Shown: positions 48,918-63,211 of the stretch, one piece after another
Position numbering within the stretch: the stretch's first letter is position 1
How the letters are laid out: the number at the start of each line of letters is the position of its first letter
Position numbers and translations under genes: made by a program
The notes under the pieces: generated by a model
Told to the model about the DNA's origin: nothing
Database searches by the model: none
Seen by the model: the letters and a program-made list of their open reading frames with translations, nothing else
From: Torpedo marmorata
Taxonomy: Eukaryota
DNA length: 64,000 bases
Reading direction: 5' to 3'
Assembly: GCA_977017645.1 (NCBI GenBank)
Contig: OZ360236.1
Span: 4,898,001 to 4,962,000 of the forward strand

Positions 48918-51414
48918 GTAAGAGCAGATTATTTAGAAACACGATGAGCAAAATGCCAATTGAACAGCAACTTGCTAATAACCTGCTGACTCTGCAATCA
49001 CAATAGCACTTTACCATCACATAAGGTAGTCTATTTGTGTACCCAATCAATGGCACCTTTGAGACTTCAATTTTCCTGTTGAAACAGTTTTCCCTATTGC
49101 TGGCCTTAACTCTGCTCATAATCCCTGTCCTTCCACAATCCAAGAGCTTGATGCAATTACCTTCCCACCAACAGTGGGAAGCCAGGCTGACTGGATATTG
49201 TATATCTGGGATGGAGGGCATGACATGCAGTGTCCGTGATCTTCATCTCTTGCCGTTCTGCACCCACGTCCCACAATCATGCTGTGTGTTGAGGACATGG
49301 ATGCTTCTCCAAGGTTTAGCATTTTGCCACATACTTCGCACCATTAAATATGTATGTTCAATCTATCCAGTCAATACACAGTAATGAGTAAAATGTATAA
49401 ATTATGTACTTAACTCTAGGTCACAATCGACAGTGCAGTGCAATCACCTTTCAGTATTGTGACTTTACCATTAAACTCACTTCTGAAACAGATGGTTGCA
49501 TAATTTTATCAGCTTGCACGTCATTTTGGAGAATGCTTGCAAATATGATTGCAGTTGAATTTGTTGACTGTTTGATGTTATCAGTCCGGTATTATGTAAG
49601 CATGCTTACAGCATCCAGACATTTGAGGAGGAACATGTATCACTTGATCTTGCCTCTCAAATAGACATGGCAGTCTTGTCGTCAATGGTTTTGCTGTTTT
49701 TGGCTTGTACTAAAATTTCTGGAGCCTCTTCAAGACAAAAAAAAAAGGTAAGTCCATTCAGTTTGAAGTGACTGACACTTGCGTGGCACACTAACAGAGG
49801 TATAGTATAGTACGAATTTACTTTATATTTCAGGCTATCCCACAACAAATTATTTATACAGAAAAGCCACATTTTTCTGACATTTCATCATATTACATCT
49901 TTTTACTCCCTCATCGTGGGGTTTGCAGTAAATTAGGCTTTCGATTTTTTTAAATTTTTTTAAAATGCCATGATTGTTCCATTGGACTTCAACTTTCGTA
50001 TTAAATCACCTGCCTAGGGAGATGCAGCATTCAAAGAACTAGACTAAAAAAATGGCTGACCTAACAGTAATCGCACAGTATGTTGATGCATCAGTTTGGG
50101 GTTGGGAAATTCAACCAATATAGTAGCAACTAACATTCTTAACTACATGTGTCATTCATATTTTTTTTTAAAAACTAAATTTCCAAGTTTTTCTGCAAAC
50201 ATTTTCAAGATGCATATTACTTTGGTAATGTTACAGGCAGAACAAACTCCTGTTTCTTTCTTCATTTCATATTTATGGAGCAATTTGTGCACATTTAGGG
50301 TTTGGCTTTGTTTCTTTTTTTCTGGAACATTTTTAAATTGGGCGATTGTGAAATCTTCATACGTGTATATTTTGTGTACAAAATGTTTTGTTGTTTTTTT
50401 TTATATTGTAACTTCTTGTTTTTAACATAACAATTATTAATAAAGTTATTTCCAGAACATTGCATTTGGGAGTCGTGTGAATTTGAAATGTCTGGTATTG
50501 GATGGGGGTCAGCACCTGGCATCGTAATGCAAATCAATGGAGTTTTAACTCTAGATCCCTCACAGTGTTTCAGGTTTGGTACCTCGTCGGGGATTTTGTT
50601 TAGGATTAGGTATCTAGTATTGTGATGGGATTTGGTGCAGTCAGCACCAGCATGTTTTCTCATCAGCCTTTAAGTCTGGGTATGTTTTATAGCGCTGATG
50701 GGAAATTAAGTCCCTGCTTATTTTGCATTAGCCAAGGCAGAGTCAATGTCTGCAGGTAACATCTCTATTTAACAACAGAGCACTTTGCTCCCAACTAATT
50801 CATTCACTTTTTTGTTTATGAAAATATATATTAGAAATTTCTGTGGGTTCACACTTAAGTGTTTTGAAAATACAACAGAGAGGTACACTGTTTAAAACCT
50901 TAGCACCCTCCATCATGACCTACATCCAATGTGTTTTCTCTGCAGCAATGTCCTTTTTTTGCTTTCCCTTTGTATTGCGCTCAGCTAGCATGCCGTCTGT
51001 ATCTCTCAGTCCGATCCAAAATTGGCAGCACTTGTCCAGAGGCAGCTGAGCAAATTGACTTTTAAACTCAGGACTCTGACAAGGAGAATGGACACTGTGC
51101 TGTCATGTACAGTGCTATGTAGTCTGTAACTTGTTTTCTGTGTAACTGATTAAAATGTGATCGATCCTATATACTATTCAATCCCTGAGGATTGCTGGGA
51201 TTAGTTTTATCCCAGGTAAATTAAGAGTGCAAACATATTTAGGAAAAGGAATTATCATTGAGGTCCTTCAAACCCATTCCTTTTTGGTGAATCAGCTCTA
51301 CCTATTGAACCTACCTTTCCTCCTTATAATTTTCAGGTTAAATACATCCAGTTGTCTCTGGAACCCATTTATAATCTCTGCAACAAGAGCAATCCCTGAT
51401 GAATTACTGAGTTT

Positions 51415-51672
51415 ATAGAACATTACAGCACAGAACAGGCCCTTCGGCCCACGATGTTGTGCCGACCTTTATAAACATAGTCCATAACAATTGAACCCTT
51501 CCCTAATTTGCACCCATAGCCCTCTTTTTCTTACATCCATGTGCCTATCTCTTTCGAATGTTCTTATTGTACCAGCCTCCTCCACCACCCCTGGCAATGC
51601 ATTCCAGCACCCACTACTCTCTGTTTTTATAAAAAGTAAAAAAAACTTACCCCTGATGTCTCCCCTAACCCT
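51415..51672 (-). mobile_element. CR1-like LINE 3' fragment
   Basis: Near-copy of 8908-9160. Confidence 0.8.
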
Positions 51673-52869
51673 TTAGGTTTGTTCAGTCCCAAAGTAGAAT
51701 AATTTTTATCATTTATTTTGGAAATCTAGGTAAAATTGTTGATGCACTATTGCCCTGAGGGTTAAAAGGTCAGCAATACAGAGTGACCAAGGTCACATTT
51801 GGCAAGACTCTTTAAACCACTTGCATCTGCTTTCATTGCCATTGAATGGAGTACTAAATTCAGCTTCACAGTTTATGATGGGTTTGAACTTGTCAGCTCA
51901 AATGCAAGTCAAATGCCAAAACACTGGTTAGGATATTGTTCATTCATAAAATTGTCCTCATTTCTGATGATCTTCCCAATACCAATGAATCAAAAATAAT
52001 CGCAGAAATATAATGTGCTACCCAACTCTATTAATGTTGTGCCTATTATGAGAGTTAGCAGTAAATTGGAGAATTTAATCCATAAAATAGTCCAATATAA
52101 AGATCTGTGATGATGTAATGATACCCTATTTCGAAATTGAGATGTGTCCCACAATCCAAAACGGAATGAGATTTTAGCTTTAAGAACTTTGGCTTTCTTT
52201 CTTCACTGATCCCACCCTTTATTGCCCATTTCATCAGCAAATACACATACTATTGTGTGTATGTACACATGAGAGAGATACAAAAGGTTGCCAACATGGT
52301 GGCAAAACATCATATGCAAAGAGTGATCTCCATGGTGTACAGAGATGATGCTGAGCATTTGGAACCTCTGAGTTTCTGAAAACCCTGGACATTAATTGTG
52401 ATGGGTGCATTTTCCTTTCAGGTATCCCATCACACTCATCATTCAGTACCTTTCCAGGACTAACACGCGGTCATTATCTTTGTTTTATATCAACAATATA
52501 ATTTGGCTGTGAATGTACTGAAGTCTTTGTCAGATTTTTGAAAGTTCCCTAACAGTTGAGCAACAGTGAAACTGTAATTACAACTTTTTTTTTCTTCTCA
52601 TCCCCTGCTTCATTTGCACTCCAGCTTTATTTTACACAGCAGAATGTAATTAAAGACACTGTCCATTTCTATTTATTGTAGACTGGAGTGTCTCCAGTGT
52701 TGGCTGTTTTTGTGTTAATGTCGAAGGAGAATAGGTTAGAGTTGTAAGAAGCTGTTAAAACTTGTATACCAACAATAATCAGAAACCTATGTTAAGGTTA
52801 ATGTTTCTAGTATAGTGTAATTCTAGAATTATATATACTTATACAATGAAATATCATAATTGAGGCATA

Positions 52870-53170
52870 CAGCTTGGAATCAGGCACTGAGTCCATTCCA
52901 GCCATTAAGCAATCATTATTATTAATCATTTTTAACTCTCCACACATTTCCACTGTCCCAACAATTTCTACTACTCACAGAATTTACAGTGGCTGATCAG
53001 CCTACCAAACTGTCTTCGGTATATGGGACGAACCAGAGCAACCAGAAGAAACCCATGCTGTCACAGGGAGAACGTGCAAGCTCCACCCAGACTTCACCGG
53101 CGATCAAGATTGAACCTGCTGAATGGAGCTGCGAGATAGAAGCTGTGCTAGCTATGCCTCTGCGTTACCC
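52870..53170 (-). mobile_element. Older V-SINE remnant
   Basis: gaaacccatgctgtcacagggagaacgtgcaagctcc is the antisense V-domain. Confidence 0.55.
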
Positions 53171-53899
53171 TAATGGCATGCTAACAACACACATCTTAGA
53201 GCAGTTCCTAAAATAAGTTTTTGCAAAAATAGTGTAACCATGAAGTAATGTGATGTATAACCAGCTCCTGGCTGTACTGATGAGAGAATTTGTGAGAACT
53301 GGGGAGATAGGGTCATTAGAGGGTTAAATTGAATTGAACTGAATCTCACAGCAAATGGCTGAGTAATGTTGACAGTGAGGATCTCCTGTTAAGTGCATAG
53401 TATGCACTGTAACTGTTGTTCATCAAGGCTCGTGTCCCCGAGTAAGTGCTTGTGAATGAGGGCAGGAATGTATGGGGTTCATTCACCCAGTGATGCCTGT
53501 ATGTTCACCAGTGCTGGAGGGCAGCCAGACCAAAAAGAGTATTTTTGATTCTCTTGACACAGTACCCTAGTTAATTCATAAAACCCAGGAGAATTATTTT
53601 TTAAATTTAGACATACAGCATGGTAACAGGCCCTTTCGGTAAAGTTAATCCATTGTACCAGGGTCGTAACTCGTGAAAATAGCTTATTCCATAGGTAAAA
53701 ATAGAAGTTATATGTTCAATCTCATTCCATAATGAAGTTACTAAGGCCCGTTAGTGAAACTTTGGAAAATCACTTTAAGGATAACATTTGTACAGCTGCA
53801 CTCTGAGTAAATATGGGATAATTTGATGAAATAAGTCAAGATGCCCCTCCCAGTTCCTGTATATTCATGAAATAGTAAGATTTCAGCCATTAAGAGCAG

Positions 53900-55536
53900 A
53901 AGCACTTCGCTTCTTTCCTGGACCAAAGACCCGACCAGTCACCCTCTACCACCACCCTCCTCCGCCTGGCAGAACTTGTCCTCACTCTCAATAACTTCTC
54001 CTTCAACTCATCCCACTTCCTCCAAATCAAAGGAGTAGCCATGGGTACCCGCATGGGTCCCAGCTATGCCTGCCTGTTTGTGGGCTTTGTGGAGCAATCC
54101 ATGCTGCAAGCCGACACAGGCAAGACCCCTCATCTCTTCCTCCCTTATATCGACGACTACATCGGGGCTGCCTCATGCACCCACGATGAGCTTGTCAACT
54201 TCATCCACTTCGCATCCAACTTCCACCACGATCTCAAACTCACCTGGTCCATCTCCGATAACACTCTCCCCTTCCTGGATCTCTCTGTCTCCATCTCAGG
54301 AGACAAGCTTTCCACCGACATTTACTACAAACCCTCCAACTCCCACAACTATCTGGACTACACTTCCTCACACCCTGACCCCTGCAAGGATTCCATCCCC
54401 TTCTCTCAATTTCTCCGTCTCCGCCGCATCTGTTCCCAAGATGAGGTGTTCCACTCCAGATCTTCTGAAATGTCTGCCTTTTTCCACAAACGTGGCTTCC
54501 CCTCCACCACCATCAACTCAGCCCTCACCCGCATCTCCTCCATTTCCCACTCATCTGCCCTGGCCCCCTCTGCCCCCAGACGCAACAAACATAGAATCCC
54601 CCTCACCCTCACCTACCACCCCACCAGCCTCCGCATCCAACACATTATCCGCCGGAATTTCCGGCACTGTCCACCACCACTACAGGATCCCACCACCAGA
54701 CACATTTTTCCTTCTCCTCCCCTCTCGGCCTTCCGTAGGGACCGCTCCCTCCGCGATTCCCTCGTGCACTCATCCCTCCCCACCCATAGCACCCCCGGCA
54801 CCTTCCCCTGTGCCCGCAGGAGGTGCAACACCTGCGCCCACACCTCCCCCCTCACCACGGTCCGGGGCCCCAAACAGGACTTCCAAGTGAAACTACACTT
54901 CACTTATACATCCAGAGAACTTATTTACTGCATCCGGTGCTCCCTTTGTGGCTTTCTCTACATCGGAGAGACCGGTCGTAGATTGGGAGATCGCTTTGCT
55001 GAGCTCCTCTCCATCCGCAACAACAGCGACCTCCCAGTAGCCAACCATTTCAATTCTGGGTCACACTCCCACACTCATGCCTGTCCATGGCCTTATGTAC
55101 TATCCCACCCAGACTACCCGCAAATTGGACGAACAACATCTCATTTTCCGTCTGGGCACTCTCCAGCCAGATGGCATTAACATTGACTTTTCTGCTTTCC
55201 ACTAAACCTGTTTGTCGTTTCCTTCCCCTCCCCTCTCACCTGTCCTTCCTGTTTTTTTCCACCCACCCAGCCATCCCTCCTCCCCCTCTTTGCTGCGGTC
55301 CCCTCCCTCCTTTCTCCACCTATCATCTCCTGCCTTTGCCACCCCCCTTCCCCCCTCACTCTTTTGTTCGGGCGCCTGCCGGCATTTTCTCATACTTTGA
55401 TGAAGGGATCAAACCCGAAACGTCGGTTATGTATTTCTACCTTTGCTACATAAAAGACACTGTTTGACCTGCTGAGTTTCTCCAGCATTTGTGTTTTTTA
55501 CTTCAACACGGTGTCTACAGATTTTCGTGTTTTACT
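53900..55536 (+). mobile_element. Penelope-like retroelement, 5'-truncated (RT plus GIY-YIG endonuclease and 3' terminus)
   Basis: ORF 54041-55180 has MGTRMGPSYACLF, YIDD, LPFLD, TDIYYKP, CxxC and IYCIRCSLC...YIGET...LGDRF, with a late frameshift. Ends with a polypyrimidine tract and hammerhead-like TTGATGAAGGG...CCCGAAAC at 55397-55421. Confidence 0.93.
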
Positions 55537-56039
55537 TATGAGTTACTACAGTTGCCAGGAATCAAATAGTTCTTGCTGCTGATCTCTGCAGCCATGCTGG
55601 CAATACCCACTCTATTTACACACAGAGAATGGCCTTTGGCACGAGAGAGTGTCCTAGGGTTTATCTGGCACATTGAGTGGCATCTCTAACCCTCGTTTTG
55701 TAATGAATATAGTGAGAATACAGAAACTGATGTGTTTTTTTTTTACATCTAAACAAACTAAATGATGGGCCTGCAATTATAGAACAGTGTACATAGGTTA
55801 AGTGGGGAAGCAGGTGTTTCACAGATTTCATTTGGATTTAAATCTTACTAAATATTTTTCAAACTAAGGTACAATTTATTTAAAAAGTAATCAAAATAAA
55901 TAGGTAATACGGTACAACTTCCTTGCAACCTCAGATTGTCCAAAACACTTCATGAACAGATTCTTTAGAACAGTCGTTAGAAAGTGAAGCAGAGACTCCT
56001 TGTGTGCAGCAAGACCTTGACAGCATTCAGGCATAGGCT

Positions 56040-56715
56040 GGTAAGTGGTAAGGAGTATTTGTACCAGAAGTCCAGGCAATGACCATCTCCTCAAAGAGTT
56101 TAACCACCAATCGTTGACATTCAGTGGCACGACCAACATCAAGTCTCCCACCATTGACCAGAAATCAACCGGACCAGCCACGTCAACATTCTGGCTACAA
56201 GAACATGTCAGAGGCGGGATATCCTGAAGCAAGTGACTCGTCTCCTTTCCACCATCTCCAAGGCACAAGTCAGGAACATGATGGAATATTCTTCACCCGC
56301 CTGGATGAACGCAGTACCAACAACACTGAAGAAACTCAAGACCACTCAGGACAAAGCAGCCTGCTTGCCTGGTGCCCATCCATCACATTCATTACCTCCA
56401 ACACTGGCACACTCTGACTGCAGTGTGTACCAGGTATAACATTTACTGCAGTTATGGGCCCAGGCTCCACCCAAACCTACAAACTTGATCACCAAGGACA
56501 AGGGCAGGGGAGTGAGAGCACCACTGTTGTCTCGCACCATCCTGACTTGGGAATGCATCTCTGGACCATCGCTGCTGGATCTAAATCCACGAATTTCTTA
56601 GCAGCAGCACGTTGAGCACTTTTTCCAGAAATACAGTAGTTGAAGAAAGTGGCTGAAGAGAAATAGAGATGGCAGTCAAATGTAGGCCTCGCTAGTGATA
56701 CCCAGATCCCAAAAA
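56040..56715 (+). mobile_element. Old LINE RT C-terminal remnant (CR1/L2 group)
   Basis: KAQVRNMMEYSSPAW...LKTTQDKAA resembles the YKxxVRxxxEY...W...Q thumb region. Related decayed pieces near 400-600, 27670-28420 and 49040-49320. Confidence 0.6.
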
Positions 56716-56817
56716 TGAAGTTTAAATAATAATTTCTAAATTGTGGCCAGTTAGGTCACTGGCACACCCTACCAATGACTTAAGGAAATAACTTCTGTTG
56801 GTTGAGGGAGGAAAGTT

Positions 56818-57723
56818 CAATATTTTTATTAAGTTTTCAATAATAATAAACAAGTAAAAGCCATTAAACAGAGTAAGCACGTAAAAAGGAATATACAAGT
56901 GCAGTAATGTAGAAAAAAAACTATATATAAGCAAAGTACTTTAACAAACAGACTAAAAGAAAGACAAAAAAGTATATTACGCACTTAAACAAATATAAAA
57001 TGGCTAATTGAAAAAGACAAAAAAATGTATATTACTATTCTACAAAATCTACCCCCTTCCCTTCCGAAGTTGTTGGTAGTTGCATATAATTTACTACCAT
57101 ATAGAGAGGACTAAAATCACGAAACAATATCTGAATAATCTTATAAATTATGAAAATAGTTTATAAAGGGACCCCATAAATTAAAAAAATTCAAACGCGT
57201 TACATTGGTAGAGCATCTGATTTTTTCCAAAGTTAAACATGCCATCATATCGGATAGACATTGAGTAGGAGGAACAGCATCTTTCCATTTCATCAGTATT
57301 GAACGTCTAGCAATAAGGGAAGCAAAGGAGATTACATGGGATTGAGAGACTGTTAAATTCAAGTCAATTATTTCAGTTAATCCAAATAGGGCAATTAAAG
57401 GATTTGGTCTCAAATTTACATTAAGGACTAAAGATAAGGTACGAAAAATATCTTCCCAAAAAAGGGAAAGAGAAGAACAAGACCAGAACATGTGTAACAG
57501 CGTTCCCTCTTCAGTCCTGCACCTGTCACATTGTGAAGAAACGTTGGAGTAAAATTTAGCCAATTGAACTTTAGAAAAGTAGGCTCGATGTACTACCTTA
57601 AATTGTAAAAGTGAGTGACGGGCACAAAAAGAAGAAGAATTTACTAATTTAAAATAGAATCCCATGTAATATCTGAAAATGAAAGTTGAAGATCTTGCTC
57701 CCATAACTTTTTAATCTTATCTA
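56818..57723 (-). mobile_element. L1-clade LINE 3' fragment with 10-bp target-site duplication
   Basis: ORF 57141-57704 has QFKVVHRAY and the CDRC...HMFWSC zinc knuckle. AATAAA at the 3' end; GAGGAAAGTT at 56808-56817 and 57724-57733. Confidence 0.88.
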
Positions 57724-59869
57724 GAGGAAAGTTGATTGAAAGATGAAAACTTTCCTACCCTTTGAAGAGCTGCCTTGGATTTTTCACATCCACTTTAACC
57801 TATGAAAGTCAGATACTAAATGTACATGAGAGAGGGATTTCCCACTGCTGCATAGTCATGTTCACTGGGATTAACCCCTGAGCTTCTGCAGTGGATTCAA
57901 ATGTACAAACTTCACAGGGACAAGAGTGCTACCAACTGTAGCTTCTTTAGATTTTTGATAATAGAATTTATCTTCCCAAACCAACAATTGCTTTCCTCTA
58001 ATGTGCAATATTTTAAAGTTAAGCTTTTTTTCCTCCATTTCAAAACTTGCTTTAAATTTTATTACAGTGTAAACTTCCTTGGCATTAGATTTTACTGATC
58101 TTCATTGAGACAACCAGACTCTTTGGGGTTGGTTCCATTCATTACAACTGAATCTCTCCGTTTCCAGTATATCTAAAGGCTGACGTTGATAACGTTAATT
58201 TTTTTTTTGGTTAAGGCTAGTTCTAAATAAGCAAACTTTATGGTTAGTTTACAGCTAAGACAACTCTAGTCCCTAGGGTCTGTAAACCAGCTGATAAAGG
58301 AGGAACACTTTATAAAATTTTGTCCAAAATGAGTTTTGAGTGAAGATGGCAGAATCTGCTTCAGACTGTGAATACCGTGTATGGATTTAGAGAATTTGGT
58401 AGGTATTGAAAGGATTGTTCTGCCTCAGGTCCTACGAATCAATATTAAAATGTTGGTTTAACAAAACAGTTAATAGTTTAACCAAATAGATTTCGCAAAA
58501 AAGCATCCATTTCCCAGCCCGATCCAGATTGCATCGCTATATCACTTTAATATGTGGCATGCTCCCACACTCGTGTCCCTGTGCATGAAGTTCTCATCGC
58601 AATTCCACTCGCTGACTGCCGACAAGTCGACTGTTCCCTCTCTCACCACTATCATCACCTCTCCTCCCGCCCCTTCCTTTCGAAAGCGTCAAAACATCTC
58701 GGGTCATTGGTTTTATCTTCCCTGCGTCTATTCCTCGATATAAAGCATTTGAGGCAATTCACTAGATTTAAGGAGTGATAAAACTATAATATTAGACTTG
58801 AGTAGGATGTTTTTAAGAAAGGGCATTAGAAGTAAATTCAATAATATTAATAGTGAATTGGGTAGATACTTAACCAGAGTTCTGAGGAAAGATCGGTGGG
58901 GATGGGGCGAATTGGAGACCCCCTCGACCCTGTGATTCTGAAGTTTCACCTGCCCTGGAATCTTCTGATCAAGACTGAAAAGTGTGATTACGGTAATTCA
59001 GCACTAAAGGGGGATCTCTCGGCGTTGTGGGATCATCGTTTGTGTGTTCTGCGTGGCCGGAAAGCGCATACGCTACTTGAAGGAACACTGTACTCGGACA
59101 GGAATGGATGCTTGCAGGCGGTGTGAGATCGCCGCTATCTGCCTCTTTTTAAAAAAAACTGGCATCCAGCCAGGAGGGAAAAAAAAGATTCAACACACTG
59201 GAATTCTACAATTACTGGCGGCTACTCTGTAAGTAAGGAAGGGTGATGTGGGATGTGGCTGAGGAGGAGAGTCGTTGATTCAGCAGCGAGGAAGTGCATC
59301 CGTGAGCTGAGTTGTTCGCGAACGTTCATTGTTTGAAGCCACATCTTTGATTTACCAGGAAGCGCAGTTTGAGCAGATTCTTTGTAATGTTCAGCTGGTT
59401 GGTTCTTTCACCCAAAGTCCCAATAGTCGGTGTATTCTCCCGCCGCTGGAGATCGCCAACTCCATCCTGTCGGCCTCCAATACTGTCTTGGAGCCATTGA
59501 TATATCTCCCAGTCCATAACATTGCATCCCAATTGTTTTTTCCCCCGTTGAACTGGGGCATTCCCTTTTTATTTCCAAGATTGCTCATGTTAGTCGGAAC
59601 CATTGCCCTGAAGGTGAGTTCCTCCTTCGCCAATCTGTATTTAAGTAAAACTGATCCCACAGACTCCAGAACTGGAGAATGCCACGTGAGACCATTCGGC
59701 CCGCGGTACGTGTGCTGGCTTTTTGAAGAAGTTTTTTAATTCCACCACCTCTGCCCAGAATTTTGTAATTTACCCTTCCCAACTATTTATAGTTTATTTT
59801 GGAAGGCTACTTTGATTCTTTCCGTTAGAGTGGATTGTAATATATATTTTAAGCAAAACTACCCGCCCT

Positions 59870-60060
59870 GTATTTTTTAATTTAATTTTAATTTTTTTTA
59901 AATATTTTTTTTTTATTTAATTTTATTTATTTTTTATTTAATGTCTTTAAATTTTAATTTAATTTTAAATTTTAATTTAATTTTAAATTTTAATTTAATT
60001 TTAAATTTTAATTTAATTTTTAATTTAAAAAAAAATTAAATCTTTTTCTTTTTAAAATTT
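59870..60060. repeat. AT-only low-complexity tract with ttaattttaaattttaat units
   Basis: Almost purely A/T, abutting the SINE tail at about 60052. Confidence 0.85.
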
Positions 60061-60184
60061 AGACATAAGCCATTTCGGCCCACGAGACACAGGGAGAACA
60101 TACAGGCAGTGTGGGATTCACTCTGGTCCCGATGGCTGGCGCTGTAACAATGTCGTGCTAACCGCTACGCCAACCATGCTGCCC
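60052..60184 (-). mobile_element. Internally deleted V-SINE
   Basis: Head (aaccgctacgccaaccatgctgccc) and tail (tttagacat...ggcccacgag) of the 20072 family. Confidence 0.7.
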
Positions 60185-60878
60185 TATCCATTTGAAGTAA
60201 AATCATTAAAATTTAGTATAATTATCAAAGACTATCAATAAATATTCTTCCCTCTCCCTGTTCATGACAAGTTTGCGTTTTGCATCCTCGCCTCCTCCTC
60301 ACCCCTGCCGCAAGGAAACATTCGCACAACCTGGGCCGTGTAAGGGAAATGCCTTCCATGTTCAACTTGTGATGTGTATCAAAATCACGCAGCAAAGGCC
60401 ATTCGGCCCGTCACATTCATGTCACTATCAGTTGCCCATCGACACGAATCTATATACTAGCACTTAGCTCAATGGCCTGTGCCTTGCCACCCAAAGGTGC
60501 TGGTGTAAATACTGAATTGTAAGAGCACTTATACCGCTTCCACCATGCTGTGTGCGCCAAAGGATGCGCTAAAATCGACGCACAACGGTAACCCTGCTGA
60601 CCGTGGGAGGAGGAGGAGCATGAGTGTCTCCTTTATCGAGTGGCGTCATAACCCAAGAGCTGAACTTAGTGGAGTTGGAAATGTGCTGTAGTTTGTCAGC
60701 TTGTGCCACTCAATATTAATGCAAAACCATTGTAGCGGTATGTTGGAGATGGTTGGTTGGAGGTGGGTTGATTTGTGTGCGGGACTCCTGGGGTAACTGA
60801 GTGAGGAAGGAGGGGGTGGTAATATGTGGAAGGTCTGTCTCTGATTTTGTGGGTGTAGCTGTACTTAAGGCAGTTGTT

Positions 60879-62320
60879 GTCAAGTCAAGTCACCTTTATT
60901 TGTCGTTCATTACCATATACACAGTAAGACGAAATAGCGTTTCTCCAGGATCATGAGCAGATGTACATAAATATCATAATACAATAAAAAAAACTAACAT
61001 GCTAATACACATATATATCTAAAAATTGAGGAGCCCGATGGCTTGGGGGAATTTCTCCGCTGACCCCACTATCCTCTGCAGGGTCTTTCGGTCCGAGATG
61101 GTACAGTTTCCAAACCAAGCGGTGATGCAATTGCTCAGAATACTCTCAATACATCCCCTGTACAATGTAGTAAGGGTAGAGGGTGGAAGATGAACTTTCC
61201 TCAGCCTTCGCAGGAAGTAAAGGTGCTGCTGGGCTTTCTTGGCTATGGAACTGGTGTTGAGGGACCAGGTGAGATTCTCCGCCAAGTGCACTCCAAGAAA
61301 CTTGGTACTCTTTACGACCTCAACGGTAGAGCCGTCCATGGTCAATGGAGAATGATCCCCCCGGGCCCTCCTGAAGTCGACAACCAACTCTTTTGTTTTA
61401 TTTACATTCAGATGCAGGTTGTTGGCTCCGCACCATTCCATTAGCGACTGCACCTCATCTCTGTATGCTGACTCATCGTTCTTTCTGATAAGGTCCACCA
61501 TGGTCGTATCATCAGCGAACTTGATGTGATTCGAGCTGTGTTTTGCTGCACAGTCAGGAGTCAGCAGAGTGAACAGCAATGGACTAAGCACACAGCCCTG
61601 GGGAGTCCCCGTGCTCAATGTAATGACCTTAGAAGTGCTGTTTCCAATCCGGACTGCCTGAGGTCTTCCCGTCAGGAAGTCTAGAATCCAATTACAGAGG
61701 GTGTTGTTTAGGCCCAGCCTGCTCAACTTCCCTATCAGGTACTGAGGTATGATCGTGTTGAATGCCGAGCTGAAATCAATAAACAGCATTCGAACATACG
61801 CGTCCTTATTTTCCAGGTGGGTGAGGGCTAGATGGAGGGTGGTAATGATGATATCATCCGTAGAGCAGTTTGATGTATATGCGAACTGCAGGGGGTCCAG
61901 TGAGGGGCGCAGCAGAAGCTTTATGTGCCCCATGACGAGCCTCTCGAAGCACTTTATGACAGTAGATGTGAGTGCGGCAGGGCGGTAGTCATTGAGGCAG
62001 GACACCATCGACTTCTTCGGCACGGGGAAGATAGTAGCGGCTTTGAAGCACGTTGGAACCACGGCACTGCTCGGAGATGTTAAAGATGTCGGTGAGAACA
62101 TCTGCCAGCTGGGCCGCACATCCCCTGAGCACTCTGCCGGGAATGTTATCTGGACCAGCAGCTTTCTGTGGGTTAACCTTGCTTTACACTCTCCTCACGT
62201 CAGCCACTGTAAAACACAGCACCTGATCATTTGGAGGAGGGGTGGTCTTCTTTGCCGCTACATCATTTTTCACCTCAAAACGCGTGTAGAAGTTGTTCAG
62301 TGCATCTGGGAGGGAGGCAT
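60879..62320 (-). mobile_element. Rex1/Babar-clade LINE, 5'-truncated reverse transcriptase
   Basis: ORF 61019-62119 has [50 protein letters not shown] and KFLGV. 3' end aataaaggtgacttgacttgac on the minus strand. Confidence 0.92.
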
Positions 62321-63050
62321 CACCACCTTAACTAATCCCTTACTGGCATGGGATTCCATAGGTGCTCTGTGGTTAGTAAGGTATTTGAGTGGAAAGAAAT
62401 AGGTTGAGAACTGACTTAAGGGGTAGGAAAACATTTCATAAGATAGTGTACCATGTAGGAGAGGGGGAGATCCCTGTTCTGGTCAATGTCCTAACTTCTG
62501 CCTGCCTAGTTTTCCACTCATCGTTTATTGGTTAGCTGTTCATCCAAGAAGGCATCATCTTCTCGACCACAGGCAGGCTATTTGTGGCAAGGCTCTGGTG
62601 AAGAATGGTGTGGGAGATTGTCGCCTTTCCCTCCCCGTGCCCGACCAGGGGTGCTGAGGCCAGCTGCTGCTCCGTTGGATGCAAGTGTGCTGTCAATTAC
62701 CTCATTTCTGGGGCTGGCGTTGTCAACTTGGCTCCCGTGACACTTGCTCTGACCCATTGGGAGGAGAAGCAGAGAGGGGTGGGGGGATAGAGATGGGGAG
62801 GAAGGTGTAGAGATGGTTTTAATGTTTCTCCCTTTGGGAGAGGTTTGACCAAACCAAATGCAGGCAAATGGAACCAGCCCAGAATGCTAACTTGGTCGGC
62901 ATGGATTAGATGGGCTGAAGGGCCTGATCCACACTGTGTGACTGATTGCTCAACCCCTTACTCCCAAGACCACGATTAACTGACCTTCCAAAATGATGCC
63001 CGGGGGGGTTCTGGTGGGAAGATGTTGAATCATCACAGTGAACGTCTAAT

Positions 63051-63211
63051 CAGTGGTTCTCAGCCTTTTTTCCCCACTCACATGCCACCTTAAGTACTCC
63101 AATACTAACCACAGAGCACCTATGGCATCCTATGCCATAGGTGCTCTGTGGTTAGTAAGGGGGTTACTTAAGGAGGCATGTGAGTGGGGAAAAAAAGGTT
63201 GAGAACCACTG
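63051..63211. mobile_element. hAT MITE, almost fully palindromic, related to the 23496 units
   Basis: CAGTGGTTCTCA...TGAGAACCACTG with inner arm tactaaccacagagcacctatggcat. No matching 8-bp duplication; truncated relative at 62321-62413. Confidence 0.85.

Noticed and set aside
53730-53743. atgaagttacta versus atgagttacta (near 55538) as the Penelope target-site duplication
   Set aside because: Imperfect and about 155 bp away from recognisable element sequence.
54066-54890. 274-aa Pro/Ser/Thr-rich ORF
   Set aside because: Alternative frame of the C-rich Penelope coding strand.
59329-59739. 136-aa plus-strand ORF with acceptor-like ccag| and donor aag|gtgagt as the next DIDO1 exon
   Set aside because: No similarity to the expected SPOC continuation, and the required phase-1 frame hits a stop within four codons.
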